From a bacterium (GTDB lineage Bacteria > Patescibacteriota > Minisyncoccia > Phycocordibacterales > UBA9973), in contig JBAWZD010000001.1 in NCBI GenBank assembly GCA_037143195.1, forward strand, positions 80,892-144,891: a stretch of DNA of 64,000 nucleotides. The letters are read 5' to 3'. The notes beneath the pieces are model-generated. The model had not been told where the DNA came from. It made no database searches and saw only the letters and a list, made by a program, of their open reading frames with translations. Positions 1-8,569 of this stretch are shown one piece after another. Position 1 is the first letter of the stretch. Each line of letters starts with the position of its first letter. The translations under genes were made by a program, and so were the position numbers.

Positions 1-1
1 C

Positions 2-1135
2 GATCGTTTTGTCGCCATCTCAAACGATCAGGCTCGAGTCACTGCTACGTCGTGGAATCTTGGTTGGATTGTTGAGGCCATTCAATCCGCATTCATCATG
101 ACGATTGAATTTCTCGTCTTTTATTTTGGAATCACATTGTGGCGTGACGGACATATGTCGATTGGTACATTCGTACTCATTCAAGTGTATGTGATTTCGC
201 TGTCTGGATCGCTCTGGAACTTCGGCAAAGTCATTCGTGGATTTTATGAAGCGTTCGCCGATGGAGTGGAGCTCGTGCAGATTCTAAAAACTCCACACGA
301 TATCAGCGATGCACCACAGGCAGGGACGCTCACCATAGAGAATGGCTCGGTTGAATTTCGGGATGTGTGTTTTGAATATGGCAATGGGCGCATGGTGCTC
401 GATCATTTGAATATTCGGGTGAAGGCAGGAGAGCGCGTAGCGCTCGTGGGCGCGAGTGGTGCAGGCAAGACCACCGTCATGTCACTCTTGCTCCGATTTC
501 ACGATGTCACAAGCGGAGCTGTCCTCGTCGACGGTGTCGATATTCGCACTGTCACGCAATCAAGTCTGCACCACGCCATTGCCATGGTACCGCAAGATAC
601 TGTGCTCTTTCATCGAACACTGCGCGAAAATATTCGCTACGGCAGAATCGGTGCGACCGATGAAGAAGTAGAACACGCAGCGGGGCTTGCGCACTGTGAT
701 GAATTTATCGGCCGGCTTCCGCTTGGATATGATACCTACGTCGGTGAGCGTGGTGTGAAGCTCTCTGGTGGTGAACGCCAGCGCGTCGCTATCGCTCGCG
801 CAATTTTGAAACGCGCGCCACTGCTCGTTCTCGACGAAGCCACAAGCTCGCTTGATTCCGAATCTGAAGCGCTCATTCAAGACGCGCTCGCCACTGTCAT
901 GGAAGGACGCACGACGATCGTCATCGCGCACCGTCTCTCAACGATTCGCAAAATGGATCGCATCATTGTGCTCGATGGAGGACGCGTCGCCGAAGAGGGA
1001 ACACACGACGCGTTGATCCGAAACCCACACAGTCAGTACAAAAAACTCTGGGACCTTCAAGCCGGTGGATTTATTGGTGGCACTGCAGTCAAAGACGAAC
1101 AATCCGAAGATCTCGAAACTATTGAGGTGGAATAA
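2..1135 (+). CDS. ABC transporter, fused permease/ATP-binding protein (MsbA/Atm1-like exporter), 5'-truncated by the window edge
   Basis: Frame is open from position 2. TM segment, then Walker A GASGAGKT, signature LSGGERQR, Walker B LLVLDEATS and H-loop IAHRLSTI. Confidence 0.92.
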   Translation, partial: DRFVAISNDQARVTATSWNLGWIVEAIQSAFIMTIEFLVFYFGITLWRDGHMSIGTFVLIQVYVISLSGSLWNFGKVIRGFYEAFADGVELVQILKTPHDISDAPQAGTLTIENGSVEFRDVCFEYGNGRMVLDHLNIRVKAGERVALVGASGAGKTTVMSLLLRFHDVTSGAVLVDGVDIRTVTQSSLHHAIAMVPQDTVLFHRTLRENIRYGRIGATDEEVEHAAGLAHCDEFIGRLPLGYDTYVGERGVKLSGGERQRVAIARAILKRAPLLVLDEATSSLDSESEALIQDALATVMEGRTTIVIAHRLSTIRKMDRIIVLDGGRVAEEGTHDALIRNPHSQYKKLWDLQAGGFIGGTAVKDEQSEDLETIEVE

Positions 1136-1174
1136 AAAAGAACCCCACACATTGTGCAGGGCTCTAGTTTTTTT
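1136..1174 (-). terminator. Probable intrinsic terminator between convergent genes
   Basis: Minus-strand stem AGAGCCCTGCAC/GTGTGGGGTTCT (with G-U pairs) flanked by A/T runs. Confidence 0.5.
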
Positions 1175-1179
1175 GAGCG

Positions 1180-1632
1180 TTACAGCTTACGTAACAGTAA
1201 ATCCAATCCGTGTTTAAAGAGCGCAATCGAGGTTGTGTCATGGGCTGTTAGATCGATGTGCTCTTTGTGAATATCACAAATTATCGTTCCAAATTTATTT
1301 TTTCCAATAGCTCTCGTAACCGTAAAAAGGATTATAGTATCGCTCGTTTTGTGAGTGATGGATACAAAACCGTAACTTATATCCTTTTCTTCAAAGGTAT
1401 ATGAGCCCAGTATCGTTGAATCGAATTTGGTTTTTGAATTCGAAATCAGAAAATTAGTGGCACCTTCGAAGTAGGGCATAGGATACACAAGAACGTCAGG
1501 TATCTGAGGCTTTCCTGTGTCAATTTTTGTTGCCGTACTTTGTACTATTGGCTTTTTGCTTTCATAGCCAATTATCCCGAGAGCTATCGTTATAGCTGCA
1601 ATCGTGATCATAACAGTCGTGTATTTTTTCAT
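1180..1632 (-). CDS. Hypothetical membrane-anchored/exported protein (AT-rich orphan)
   Basis: 150-aa ORF with N-terminal MKK plus hydrophobic helix; own promoter upstream and hairpin downstream. Confidence 0.65.
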   Translation of the reverse strand: MKKYTTVMITIAAITIALGIIGYESKKPIVQSTATKIDTGKPQIPDVLVYPMPYFEGATNFLISNSKTKFDSTILGSYTFEEKDISYGFVSITHKTSDTIILFTVTRAIGKNKFGTIICDIHKEHIDLTAHDTTSIALFKHGLDLLLRKL

Positions 1633-1687
1633 GTTTTTTGTTTTTTAAAGTGCAAGGCACTTTTTTGTGTGAGAAAAATTTGAACTT

Positions 1688-1715
1688 ATTATACATATTT
1701 AGTTATAAAAGTCAA
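1688..1715 (-). promoter_or_regulatory. Sigma70-type promoter TTGACT-N16-TATAAT
   Basis: Near-consensus -35/-10 about 55 nt upstream of the ATG at 1632. Confidence 0.6.
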
Positions 1716-1795
1716 GCATTTCACGACCCCATATTCCACTGTGAAAAAAACCGATTTTCGTATATACTAGCAGGCATTACTAACTCACATTTTAT

Positions 1796-3019
1796 ATGAC
1801 TAATCCATTCGAAAACGCATTGATGCAGTTGAAGCGTGCCACAGACGTACAGGCCTTCCCAGAGGGCTTTATGAAGCAGATTTCGGTTCCAAACCGTGAG
1901 GTCCGTATCTCTATCCCAGTTGTGATGGACGATGGCAGTACACAGGTCTTTGAAGGCTACCGTGTTGAGCACAACAATGCTCGCGGACCATACAAAGGCG
2001 GAATTCGTTACCACCATGACACTGATATTTATGAAGTGAAAGCGCTCGCTTTCTGGATGGCACTCAAGTGTGCTGTCGCAAATATCCCGATGGGTGGAGG
2101 AAAAGGTGGAATTACAGTTGACCCAAAGAAACTTTCAAAGACCGAACTTGAGAAACTCTCACGCGGATGGGCACGCGGAATGGCAGACATTCTTGGACCA
2201 AAGAAAGATGTTCCAGCTCCAGACGTCAACACAACTCCAGAAATCATGTCATGGATGAACGATGAGTTCATGAAAATCTCAGGTGACACAACAGGTGCAA
2301 CGTTTACCGGTAAGCCACTCGACAAGGGCGGTTCAGAAGGTCGCGGTGCAGCTACTGGTCTCGGTGGATGGTACGTCTTTAGTGCACTCCGTGAGAAATA
2401 CAATGTTCAGCCAGGATCTACTGTTGTCATTCAGGGATTTGGAAACGTTGGAGGTCATGCAGCAAGTATCTTTTCTTCGAATGGATACAAAGTCATTGCA
2501 ACATCTGACTCAAAGGGTGGTATCGTCAAAGAAGACGGTATTGATGTCAAAGCGCTCGAAGATTGGAAGAAGCAGAATGGAACACTCGCAGGATTCCCTG
2601 GATCACGCGTTGTTACCAATGCAGAACTCCTCGAACTCCCATGTGATATTTTGATTCCAAGTGCGCTTGAAAATCAGATTACATTTGATAATGCAGTAAA
2701 GATCAAAGCAAAGTTTATTCTTGAACTTGCAAACGGACCAATCACTCCAGAAGCTGATGAAATCCTCTTTGATCGTGGCATTCCCGTTATTCCAGACATT
2801 CTTGCAAACTCAGGTGGTGTGACTGTTTCAACATTCGAATGGGAACAGAACATCAAGGGTGAGCATTGGACAGAAGCTGATGTGAACGCAAAATTGCTTG
2901 AAATTCTCAATCGTGAATCACTCGTGATTTATGAGAAGTCGCTTTCAGCGAAAACTGATATGCGTCGTGCAGCCTTCATTGTTGCGCTTGAGCGCATCGC
3001 GAAGGAGATGGGGTACTAA
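1796..3019 (+). CDS. gdhA: Glu/Leu/Phe/Val dehydrogenase (glutamate dehydrogenase)
   Basis: GPYKGGIRY, GGGKGG, DVPAPDVNT, QGFGNVG, ELANGP and PDILANSGGV motifs. Confidence 0.93.
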   Translation: MTNPFENALMQLKRATDVQAFPEGFMKQISVPNREVRISIPVVMDDGSTQVFEGYRVEHNNARGPYKGGIRYHHDTDIYEVKALAFWMALKCAVANIPMGGGKGGITVDPKKLSKTELEKLSRGWARGMADILGPKKDVPAPDVNTTPEIMSWMNDEFMKISGDTTGATFTGKPLDKGGSEGRGAATGLGGWYVFSALREKYNVQPGSTVVIQGFGNVGGHAASIFSSNGYKVIATSDSKGGIVKEDGIDVKALEDWKKQNGTLAGFPGSRVVTNAELLELPCDILIPSALENQITFDNAVKIKAKFILELANGPITPEADEILFDRGIPVIPDILANSGGVTVSTFEWEQNIKGEHWTEADVNAKLLEILNRESLVIYEKSLSAKTDMRRAAFIVALERIAKEMGY

Positions 3020-3034
3020 TACGAATACTGAAAG

Positions 3035-3072
3035 AAAATGCGCGGTCGCCCGAAGGGCGACCGCGCATTTTT
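3035..3072 (+). terminator. Intrinsic terminator after gdhA
   Basis: Perfect 17-bp inverted repeat AAAATGCGCGGTCGCCC-GAA-GGGCGACCGCGCATTTT. Confidence 0.85.
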
Positions 3073-3127
3073 GTACCCCGACAATATCCTTTCCCGATCT
3101 CAAACCAAGGCGTATACTATATCTACT

Positions 3128-3547
3128 ATGGAAAACCTACCAAAAGCATCCAAATGGCAGATTATCAATCGTCATTATTATGGCAATGTCGTCCGCGGTA
3201 TTTTCGTGATTGTGGGGCTTATGATGCTCGCCACATTCCCATTTTTTAGCGATCTCGTTCCTGTTCCACTTTGGCTCTCGATTGGCATCATTGCGATGCT
3301 CGCAGTGTTTGGCGGATTACTCAATCCCGCACAGCGCTGGCTTCTCGTTGTAAACACTATTTTACCTATCGTAGGTTTGATCGTGTTTCAGTATGAAGCA
3401 GCCTTTGCATATACACACATTCCTGTCACCGAAACACGTCGCGTCGCGTTTTTCTGGGCAAATGAAATCGTCTCACTTCTTTTCTTTGTTGCCACATACC
3501 TTGCAGTCAAAACTGCCCGTGGACGTTTTGTCGAGGAGGTAGAATAG
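3128..3547 (+). CDS. Hypothetical membrane protein (about 4 TM helices)
   Basis: Four hydrophobic segments. Start moved to ATG 3128, which follows TATACT at 3113-3118; the track's longer start runs through the terminator. Confidence 0.75.
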   Translation: MENLPKASKWQIINRHYYGNVVRGIFVIVGLMMLATFPFFSDLVPVPLWLSIGIIAMLAVFGGLLNPAQRWLLVVNTILPIVGLIVFQYEAAFAYTHIPVTETRRVAFFWANEIVSLLFFVATYLAVKTARGRFVEEVE

Positions 3548-3573
3548 TCCGACGTATGGTATTCTGTTAAGGT

Positions 3574-5073
3574 ATGGCACGAGCCAATAAGATTCAGATA
3601 ATCAAATACGCTCCGCCACCACTCGAGCTTCCAGTCTATGGCAAGGTTGATCCGGCGGAGGTATCTTTTATTGGTCGCACCAACTACGTCGCGGCCCTTG
3701 AAGAAAAGAAATTCCTTTTCGGTATCAAACGAGCCGATCGTCGTCGTCATCTCTATATCATCGGAAAGTCAGGTGTTGGAAAATCTAAGCTCCAAGAGCT
3801 TTTTGTGCGTCAGGACATCGCATATGGTCACGGTGTCTGTGTGATTGATCCGCACGGAGAATTCATCGACGACATTCTTGTTTCGATTCCAGAAAACCGT
3901 GTTGAGGACGTCTGTATCATTGACCCATCAGATGTTGATTTTCCTGCGTCATTCAATCCGCTCCAAAACGTTGATCCAACTTTCAAACATCAACTCACAC
4001 AAGGATTGATTGAAGTGCTCGAAAAGCAATTCGGAGCAAACTGGACACCACGTCTTGAGCATGTCTTCCGCTTCACGACACTCGCGCTCCTCGACTATCC
4101 GCACGCAACAATGCGCGGAATGATTTCAATGCTCACCGACCGTAACTACCGTCAAAAAGTGGTTGAATATATCGAAGACGACATGGTCAAGCGCTTCTGG
4201 GCAATCGAATTCGCCGATTGGTCTGAGAAATTCGACACTGACGCTATCATCCCGCTCGTCAACAAACTCGGACAATTTTTGTCTGATCCGATGCTCCGCA
4301 ATATCTTCGGACAAAAAACAAACAAGATCAATTTGGAAGAAATGATGAACACGCAAAAGATTTTGCTCATCAACCTTTCAAAAGGAAAAATTGGTGAAGA
4401 AAACTCATCATTCTTTGGAGCAATGTTTTTGACCAAGATCAAACAAGCCGGAATGGCGCGTGCGAAGATTGACGCGAAAGATCGTAAAGACTTTTATCTC
4501 TACGTGGACGAGTTCCAAAACGTTGTGACGGATACGTTTGAAAACTTGCTTTCTGAGGCCCGTAAATATGCGATCAATCTCACGATGGCACATCAATACG
4601 TCGGACAAATCCCCGAGAAGGTTGAAGCTGCCGTACTCGGAAACGTCGGATCGATTATTTCATTCCGTGTGGGTGGTGACGATGCAGTGAAGCTCAAACC
4701 TGAGTTCGCGCCTATCTTCGATGTCAAAGACATGATCAACCTTGGAGTCGGGGAGTTCTATATCAAAATGACAATCGATGGTGAATCATACGACCCATTT
4801 TCTGCCGAGACACTCAAGGTCCTTCCGCCACCATATCCATCAAACAAAGAACGTATTATCGCATCATCACGACGCAAATTCGCGATTACGGCAGAAGATG
4901 CCAAGCGTTTGATTGCGGAAGAAGAATCCACTATCATTCGTAGCGCACAAGAAAAGGCTGCTATTATGCGAAAGGGTGTGAACGAGGGCGGAAGTGCGGG
5001 AGTGGGCGCGAGCGGAGCGAGCGCCCCACAAGCTCCTGCAAAAGTGGAAGAAATCGCCGAACCATTAATCTAA
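3574..5073 (+). CDS. HerA/VirB4/TraG-D-like P-loop ATPase (paralog 1)
   Basis: Walker A IIGKSGVGKS, VIDPHGE, Walker B LYVDEFQN, EARKY and MAHQY. Confidence 0.85.
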   Translation: MARANKIQIIKYAPPPLELPVYGKVDPAEVSFIGRTNYVAALEEKKFLFGIKRADRRRHLYIIGKSGVGKSKLQELFVRQDIAYGHGVCVIDPHGEFIDDILVSIPENRVEDVCIIDPSDVDFPASFNPLQNVDPTFKHQLTQGLIEVLEKQFGANWTPRLEHVFRFTTLALLDYPHATMRGMISMLTDRNYRQKVVEYIEDDMVKRFWAIEFADWSEKFDTDAIIPLVNKLGQFLSDPMLRNIFGQKTNKINLEEMMNTQKILLINLSKGKIGEENSSFFGAMFLTKIKQAGMARAKIDAKDRKDFYLYVDEFQNVVTDTFENLLSEARKYAINLTMAHQYVGQIPEKVEAAVLGNVGSIISFRVGGDDAVKLKPEFAPIFDVKDMINLGVGEFYIKMTIDGESYDPFSAETLKVLPPPYPSNKERIIASSRRKFAITAEDAKRLIAEEESTIIRSAQEKAAIMRKGVNEGGSAGVGASGASAPQAPAKVEEIAEPLI

Positions 5074-5086
5074 CTAATTCAATCGA

Positions 5087-6742
5087 ATGGATACACAAGA
5101 GAAGACATGCGAGTATTGTGGTAATAATTTCAAGCTAAGTAGTGACGAACTCGTAATGTATGGGAAAGTTCAAGTCGAATTTCCAACTATTTGTATTACC
5201 TGTCGCTGGGCACAGCAATTCGCATTTTGGCCATTCGGTAAATTTCGAAAAGGAGTATCCGCTTTGTCGGGACAAAGTTTGATTACGATGCTCCCTGCGA
5301 GTGTTCGATATCCAATTTACACTGCCAAAGAATGGTGGAGCGACGCATGGGATCCAATGGAGTTTGGCCAAGACTATGATTCAACACGATCCTTTTTCGA
5401 TCAACTGAAAGAAGTACAGGAAAAAGTTCCGCGTCCACATCAGCAGGGGACGAATAGTACAGGATGTGATTGGTGTGACGATATTTGGGACTCCAAAAAT
5501 TGTTATCTCTCGCGTTCATGTGCGCGAGCCGAAAATGTCTCATATGGATATCGCGGTTTCGACGTAAAAGATTCTATCGATATTTCGCATGCATTTTCGC
5601 TCGATAATTGTTACGAATGTACATACTCGTTCAATTGCTTTGAGCTTTATTTTTCTCGCAATTGCCGCGATTGTATGAACAGTCGATTTTTGTACGATTG
5701 CCGCAATTGTAGTAATTGTACGATGTGTTGGAATCTTCGTGGCAAACAATATTGTATCGAGAATGTGCAGTACTCAAAAGAAGAGTACTTTGAAAAAGTG
5801 AAGGAATATGACATGAGCTCGTATCAGAATTTACAGCACCTCCAAAAGCGATATACTGATATCCTAAAAACTGAGACTATCCATCGCGAGAATTTTAATA
5901 TCAATACATATACTTCGACGGGCACGTATCTCGCGGACTGTAACAATTGTAAAAATGTATTTGGTTGGGAAGAATCTGAAAACTGTATCAACTGTTTGCG
6001 TGGTCGCGAAGCGAAAGATAGTATCGATTTGCTTGGCACATGGAAAGTAGAATTGTGCGGAAACGATAGTTGTTGCACGGGCGGATACGAACTCCGCTAT
6101 TCGTCATGGTCAGAGGGAAGATATTCTGAATATTTGGATGAATGTATTGAAGTGGAAAATTGTTTTGGGTGTGTTGGTCTTCGCAAGAAAAATTATTGTA
6201 TTCTCAATCGTCAATATACAAAAGAAGAGTACGAAGCGCTAAAGGAGAAAATCATTGCAGATATGCGCGCACGAGGAGAATATGGGCGCTTCTTGCCATA
6301 CTCGATGGGGCTTTGTTCGTACAATCTCACGACTGCTGCGATTTATATGCCCGAAATTTCAAAGGACTATGTACTTGCTCGTGGAGGGTATTGGGATGAT
6401 CAATCAGAAGATGCCGTAGAAGGACTCGCGACGAGCGAACTTCCAGACTCAATCAGAGAAGTCGATGCAACAATATCAAAACAACCGCTTGTGTGTCCGG
6501 TGACCGGATGGCGCTACAATATTTCTGCTGACGAGTTTCAGTTTTTGTCACGAAAAGGAATCGCACTTCCACGAGTCCATTTCGATGTTCGAACCAAGAA
6601 CCGTATGCGAGCGCTTGCGACTCTCCACGGAGAACACTACTCATGTGTTTTTTGTGCCAAAGATTGCATCGGATATTATCCAAAAGATTGGGGCTACACT
6701 CACATCGCATGTGAGGAATGTTACAAGCAAAATATCAATTAG
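5087..6742 (+). CDS. Cys-rich repeat protein with N-terminal zinc ribbon and C-terminal CxxC...CxxC module (paralog 1)
   Basis: CEYC...CITC at the N-terminus; two Cys-repeat blocks each ending in a CxxCxxLRxKxYCIxNxQYxKEEY motif; CVFC...CEEC at the C-terminus; no signal peptide. Confidence 0.85.
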   Translation: MDTQEKTCEYCGNNFKLSSDELVMYGKVQVEFPTICITCRWAQQFAFWPFGKFRKGVSALSGQSLITMLPASVRYPIYTAKEWWSDAWDPMEFGQDYDSTRSFFDQLKEVQEKVPRPHQQGTNSTGCDWCDDIWDSKNCYLSRSCARAENVSYGYRGFDVKDSIDISHAFSLDNCYECTYSFNCFELYFSRNCRDCMNSRFLYDCRNCSNCTMCWNLRGKQYCIENVQYSKEEYFEKVKEYDMSSYQNLQHLQKRYTDILKTETIHRENFNINTYTSTGTYLADCNNCKNVFGWEESENCINCLRGREAKDSIDLLGTWKVELCGNDSCCTGGYELRYSSWSEGRYSEYLDECIEVENCFGCVGLRKKNYCILNRQYTKEEYEALKEKIIADMRARGEYGRFLPYSMGLCSYNLTTAAIYMPEISKDYVLARGGYWDDQSEDAVEGLATSELPDSIREVDATISKQPLVCPVTGWRYNISADEFQFLSRKGIALPRVHFDVRTKNRMRALATLHGEHYSCVFCAKDCIGYYPKDWGYTHIACEECYKQNIN

Positions 6743-6748
6743 TTCTGT

Positions 6749-8491
6749 ATGGAATCTCGCAATTGCCAAAACTGCAAAACTGATTTCGAGATTGAGCCAG
6801 AAGATTTTTTGTTCTACGAAAAAATCCAAGCCCCACCACCGACGTTTTGTCCCGAGTGTCGCACGGCACGACGTCTTTCGTGGCGCAACGAGATGTCGCT
6901 TTATAAGCGTACATGTGACGCTCCTTCACACGGAGAGCCACTCATTACGATCTATCATCCTGACACAAAATTGCACGTGGTTGATTCAAAATATTGGTGG
7001 AGTGACGCATGGGATCCATTTGATTACGGGGTAGAATACGATTTTTCGAAACCATTTTTTCAGCAATGGATTGAGCTCTATCGACGTATCCCCGTACAAG
7101 GACTTTCCAATTCAAATGCAACGAATAGCGATTATTGTAATATCGCAGAGGAGAGTCGTGATTCATACATGATATCAGCTACATGGAAAGTTGAGCGTAG
7201 TTTTTATTCCAACCGCATCATGGAAGTGAAGGATTCATCTGATTTGTATGTCGTGCATGATTCCGAACTCTGTTACGAAGATATCATTTCTTCTGATTGC
7301 TATCATGTTCTGTATTCTGCGAACTGCAAAAGCTGTGTCGATTCGTATTTCCTTTATGATTGTCATGGATGCACCAACTGTTTTGGATGTACCAATTTGC
7401 GAAACCAATCATACTGTATGTGGAATGAACAATTGGGTAAGGAGGAATACATGCGTAGGATGTCTGAACTCGATATGAGTAGTTATACAGTCGTTGCAGA
7501 CTGCAAGCAACGATTTTCTGAGATGTGCATGCAAGCGATTCATCGTTTCGCAAACCAAATTAAAATTGTAAATTCTACCGGCGACAATCTTGAGGGAGTG
7601 AAAAATACTCGGATGTGTTTTGATGCGAGCGGACAGATTGAAGACTCGAAATTCGTTCACTGGGCAAAGGTGAGTGCAAAGGATGTGTATGATTCTGGTC
7701 CTGGAGTTGGTATGGGTGAAATGATGTACGAGGTTTTTGATACCGGTATTGGGAATTTTCGAAACCTTTTTACGAGTGTTGTGTATAGTTCAAACGAGAT
7801 TGAGTATTCATTCAACTGTCACGGTTCTTCGAATTTGTTCGGCTGTATTGGTATTCGAGGAAAAAATTACTGTATTTTAAATCGACCGTATGAGAAAGAG
7901 GAGTACGAATCGCTTGTACCCAAAATCAAAGAGCATATGATGACGATGCCATATATCGACGCGAAGGGTAGAACGTATCGTTATGGAGAATTTTTCCCTT
8001 CCGAACTTTCACCGTTCGCATACAACGAGACGGTTGCGCAGGATTATTTTCCACTTTCAAAGATCGATGCGGTTGAGCGAGGACATTTGTGGCGAGACAA
8101 GACACTTCAAAATTATGCAGTCACACTATTTGCGAAAGATTTACCGGACTCGCTCTCAATGGTTTCGGATACAATTACAAAAGAAATCATTGGCTGTCTT
8201 CACAACGGAGAGTGTTCGGATCGATGCGCTCGAGCATATCGCATAACAGCTGACGAGCTTAATTTGTACCGCAGAATCGGTGTTCCGCTTCCACGGCTTT
8301 GTTTTGGCTGTCGTCACGACGAGCGTCTTCGAAAGCGTAATCCAATGAAGCTTTGGTCTCGTACCTGCATGTGCACCCAGTCAAACCACGACCACACAGG
8401 CCCATGTCAGGCGACATTCGAGACTGCATATGCACCAGAGCGAAAGGAGATTGTGTACTGTGAATCGTGTTACCAAAAAGAGGTCTTGTAA
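6749..8491 (+). CDS. Cys-rich repeat protein (paralog 2)
   Basis: Same architecture as 5087..6742: CQNC...CPEC, shared WWSDAWDP, two Cys-repeat blocks, C-terminal VYCESCY. Confidence 0.85.
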   Translation: MESRNCQNCKTDFEIEPEDFLFYEKIQAPPPTFCPECRTARRLSWRNEMSLYKRTCDAPSHGEPLITIYHPDTKLHVVDSKYWWSDAWDPFDYGVEYDFSKPFFQQWIELYRRIPVQGLSNSNATNSDYCNIAEESRDSYMISATWKVERSFYSNRIMEVKDSSDLYVVHDSELCYEDIISSDCYHVLYSANCKSCVDSYFLYDCHGCTNCFGCTNLRNQSYCMWNEQLGKEEYMRRMSELDMSSYTVVADCKQRFSEMCMQAIHRFANQIKIVNSTGDNLEGVKNTRMCFDASGQIEDSKFVHWAKVSAKDVYDSGPGVGMGEMMYEVFDTGIGNFRNLFTSVVYSSNEIEYSFNCHGSSNLFGCIGIRGKNYCILNRPYEKEEYESLVPKIKEHMMTMPYIDAKGRTYRYGEFFPSELSPFAYNETVAQDYFPLSKIDAVERGHLWRDKTLQNYAVTLFAKDLPDSLSMVSDTITKEIIGCLHNGECSDRCARAYRITADELNLYRRIGVPLPRLCFGCRHDERLRKRNPMKLWSRTCMCTQSNHDHTGPCQATFETAYAPERKEIVYCESCYQKEVL

Positions 8492-8569
8492 AATCGAGCG
8501 TAAAACAGCCAACATATAAAAGTTTTGAACTGTGGCGTAAAAGTTTTAAAGCTTGTATAATTTCAGTAT

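Noticed and set aside
3038-3127. N-terminal extension of the 169-aa ORF
   Set aside because: It runs through the gdhA terminator; a -10 box supports ATG 3128.
5332-7018. Near-identical 24-mers in the two Cys-rich genes as a DGR template/variable repeat pair
   Set aside because: Explained by the conserved WWSDAWDP peptide (Trp has one codon); too short, no adenine-specific mismatches and no RT nearby.
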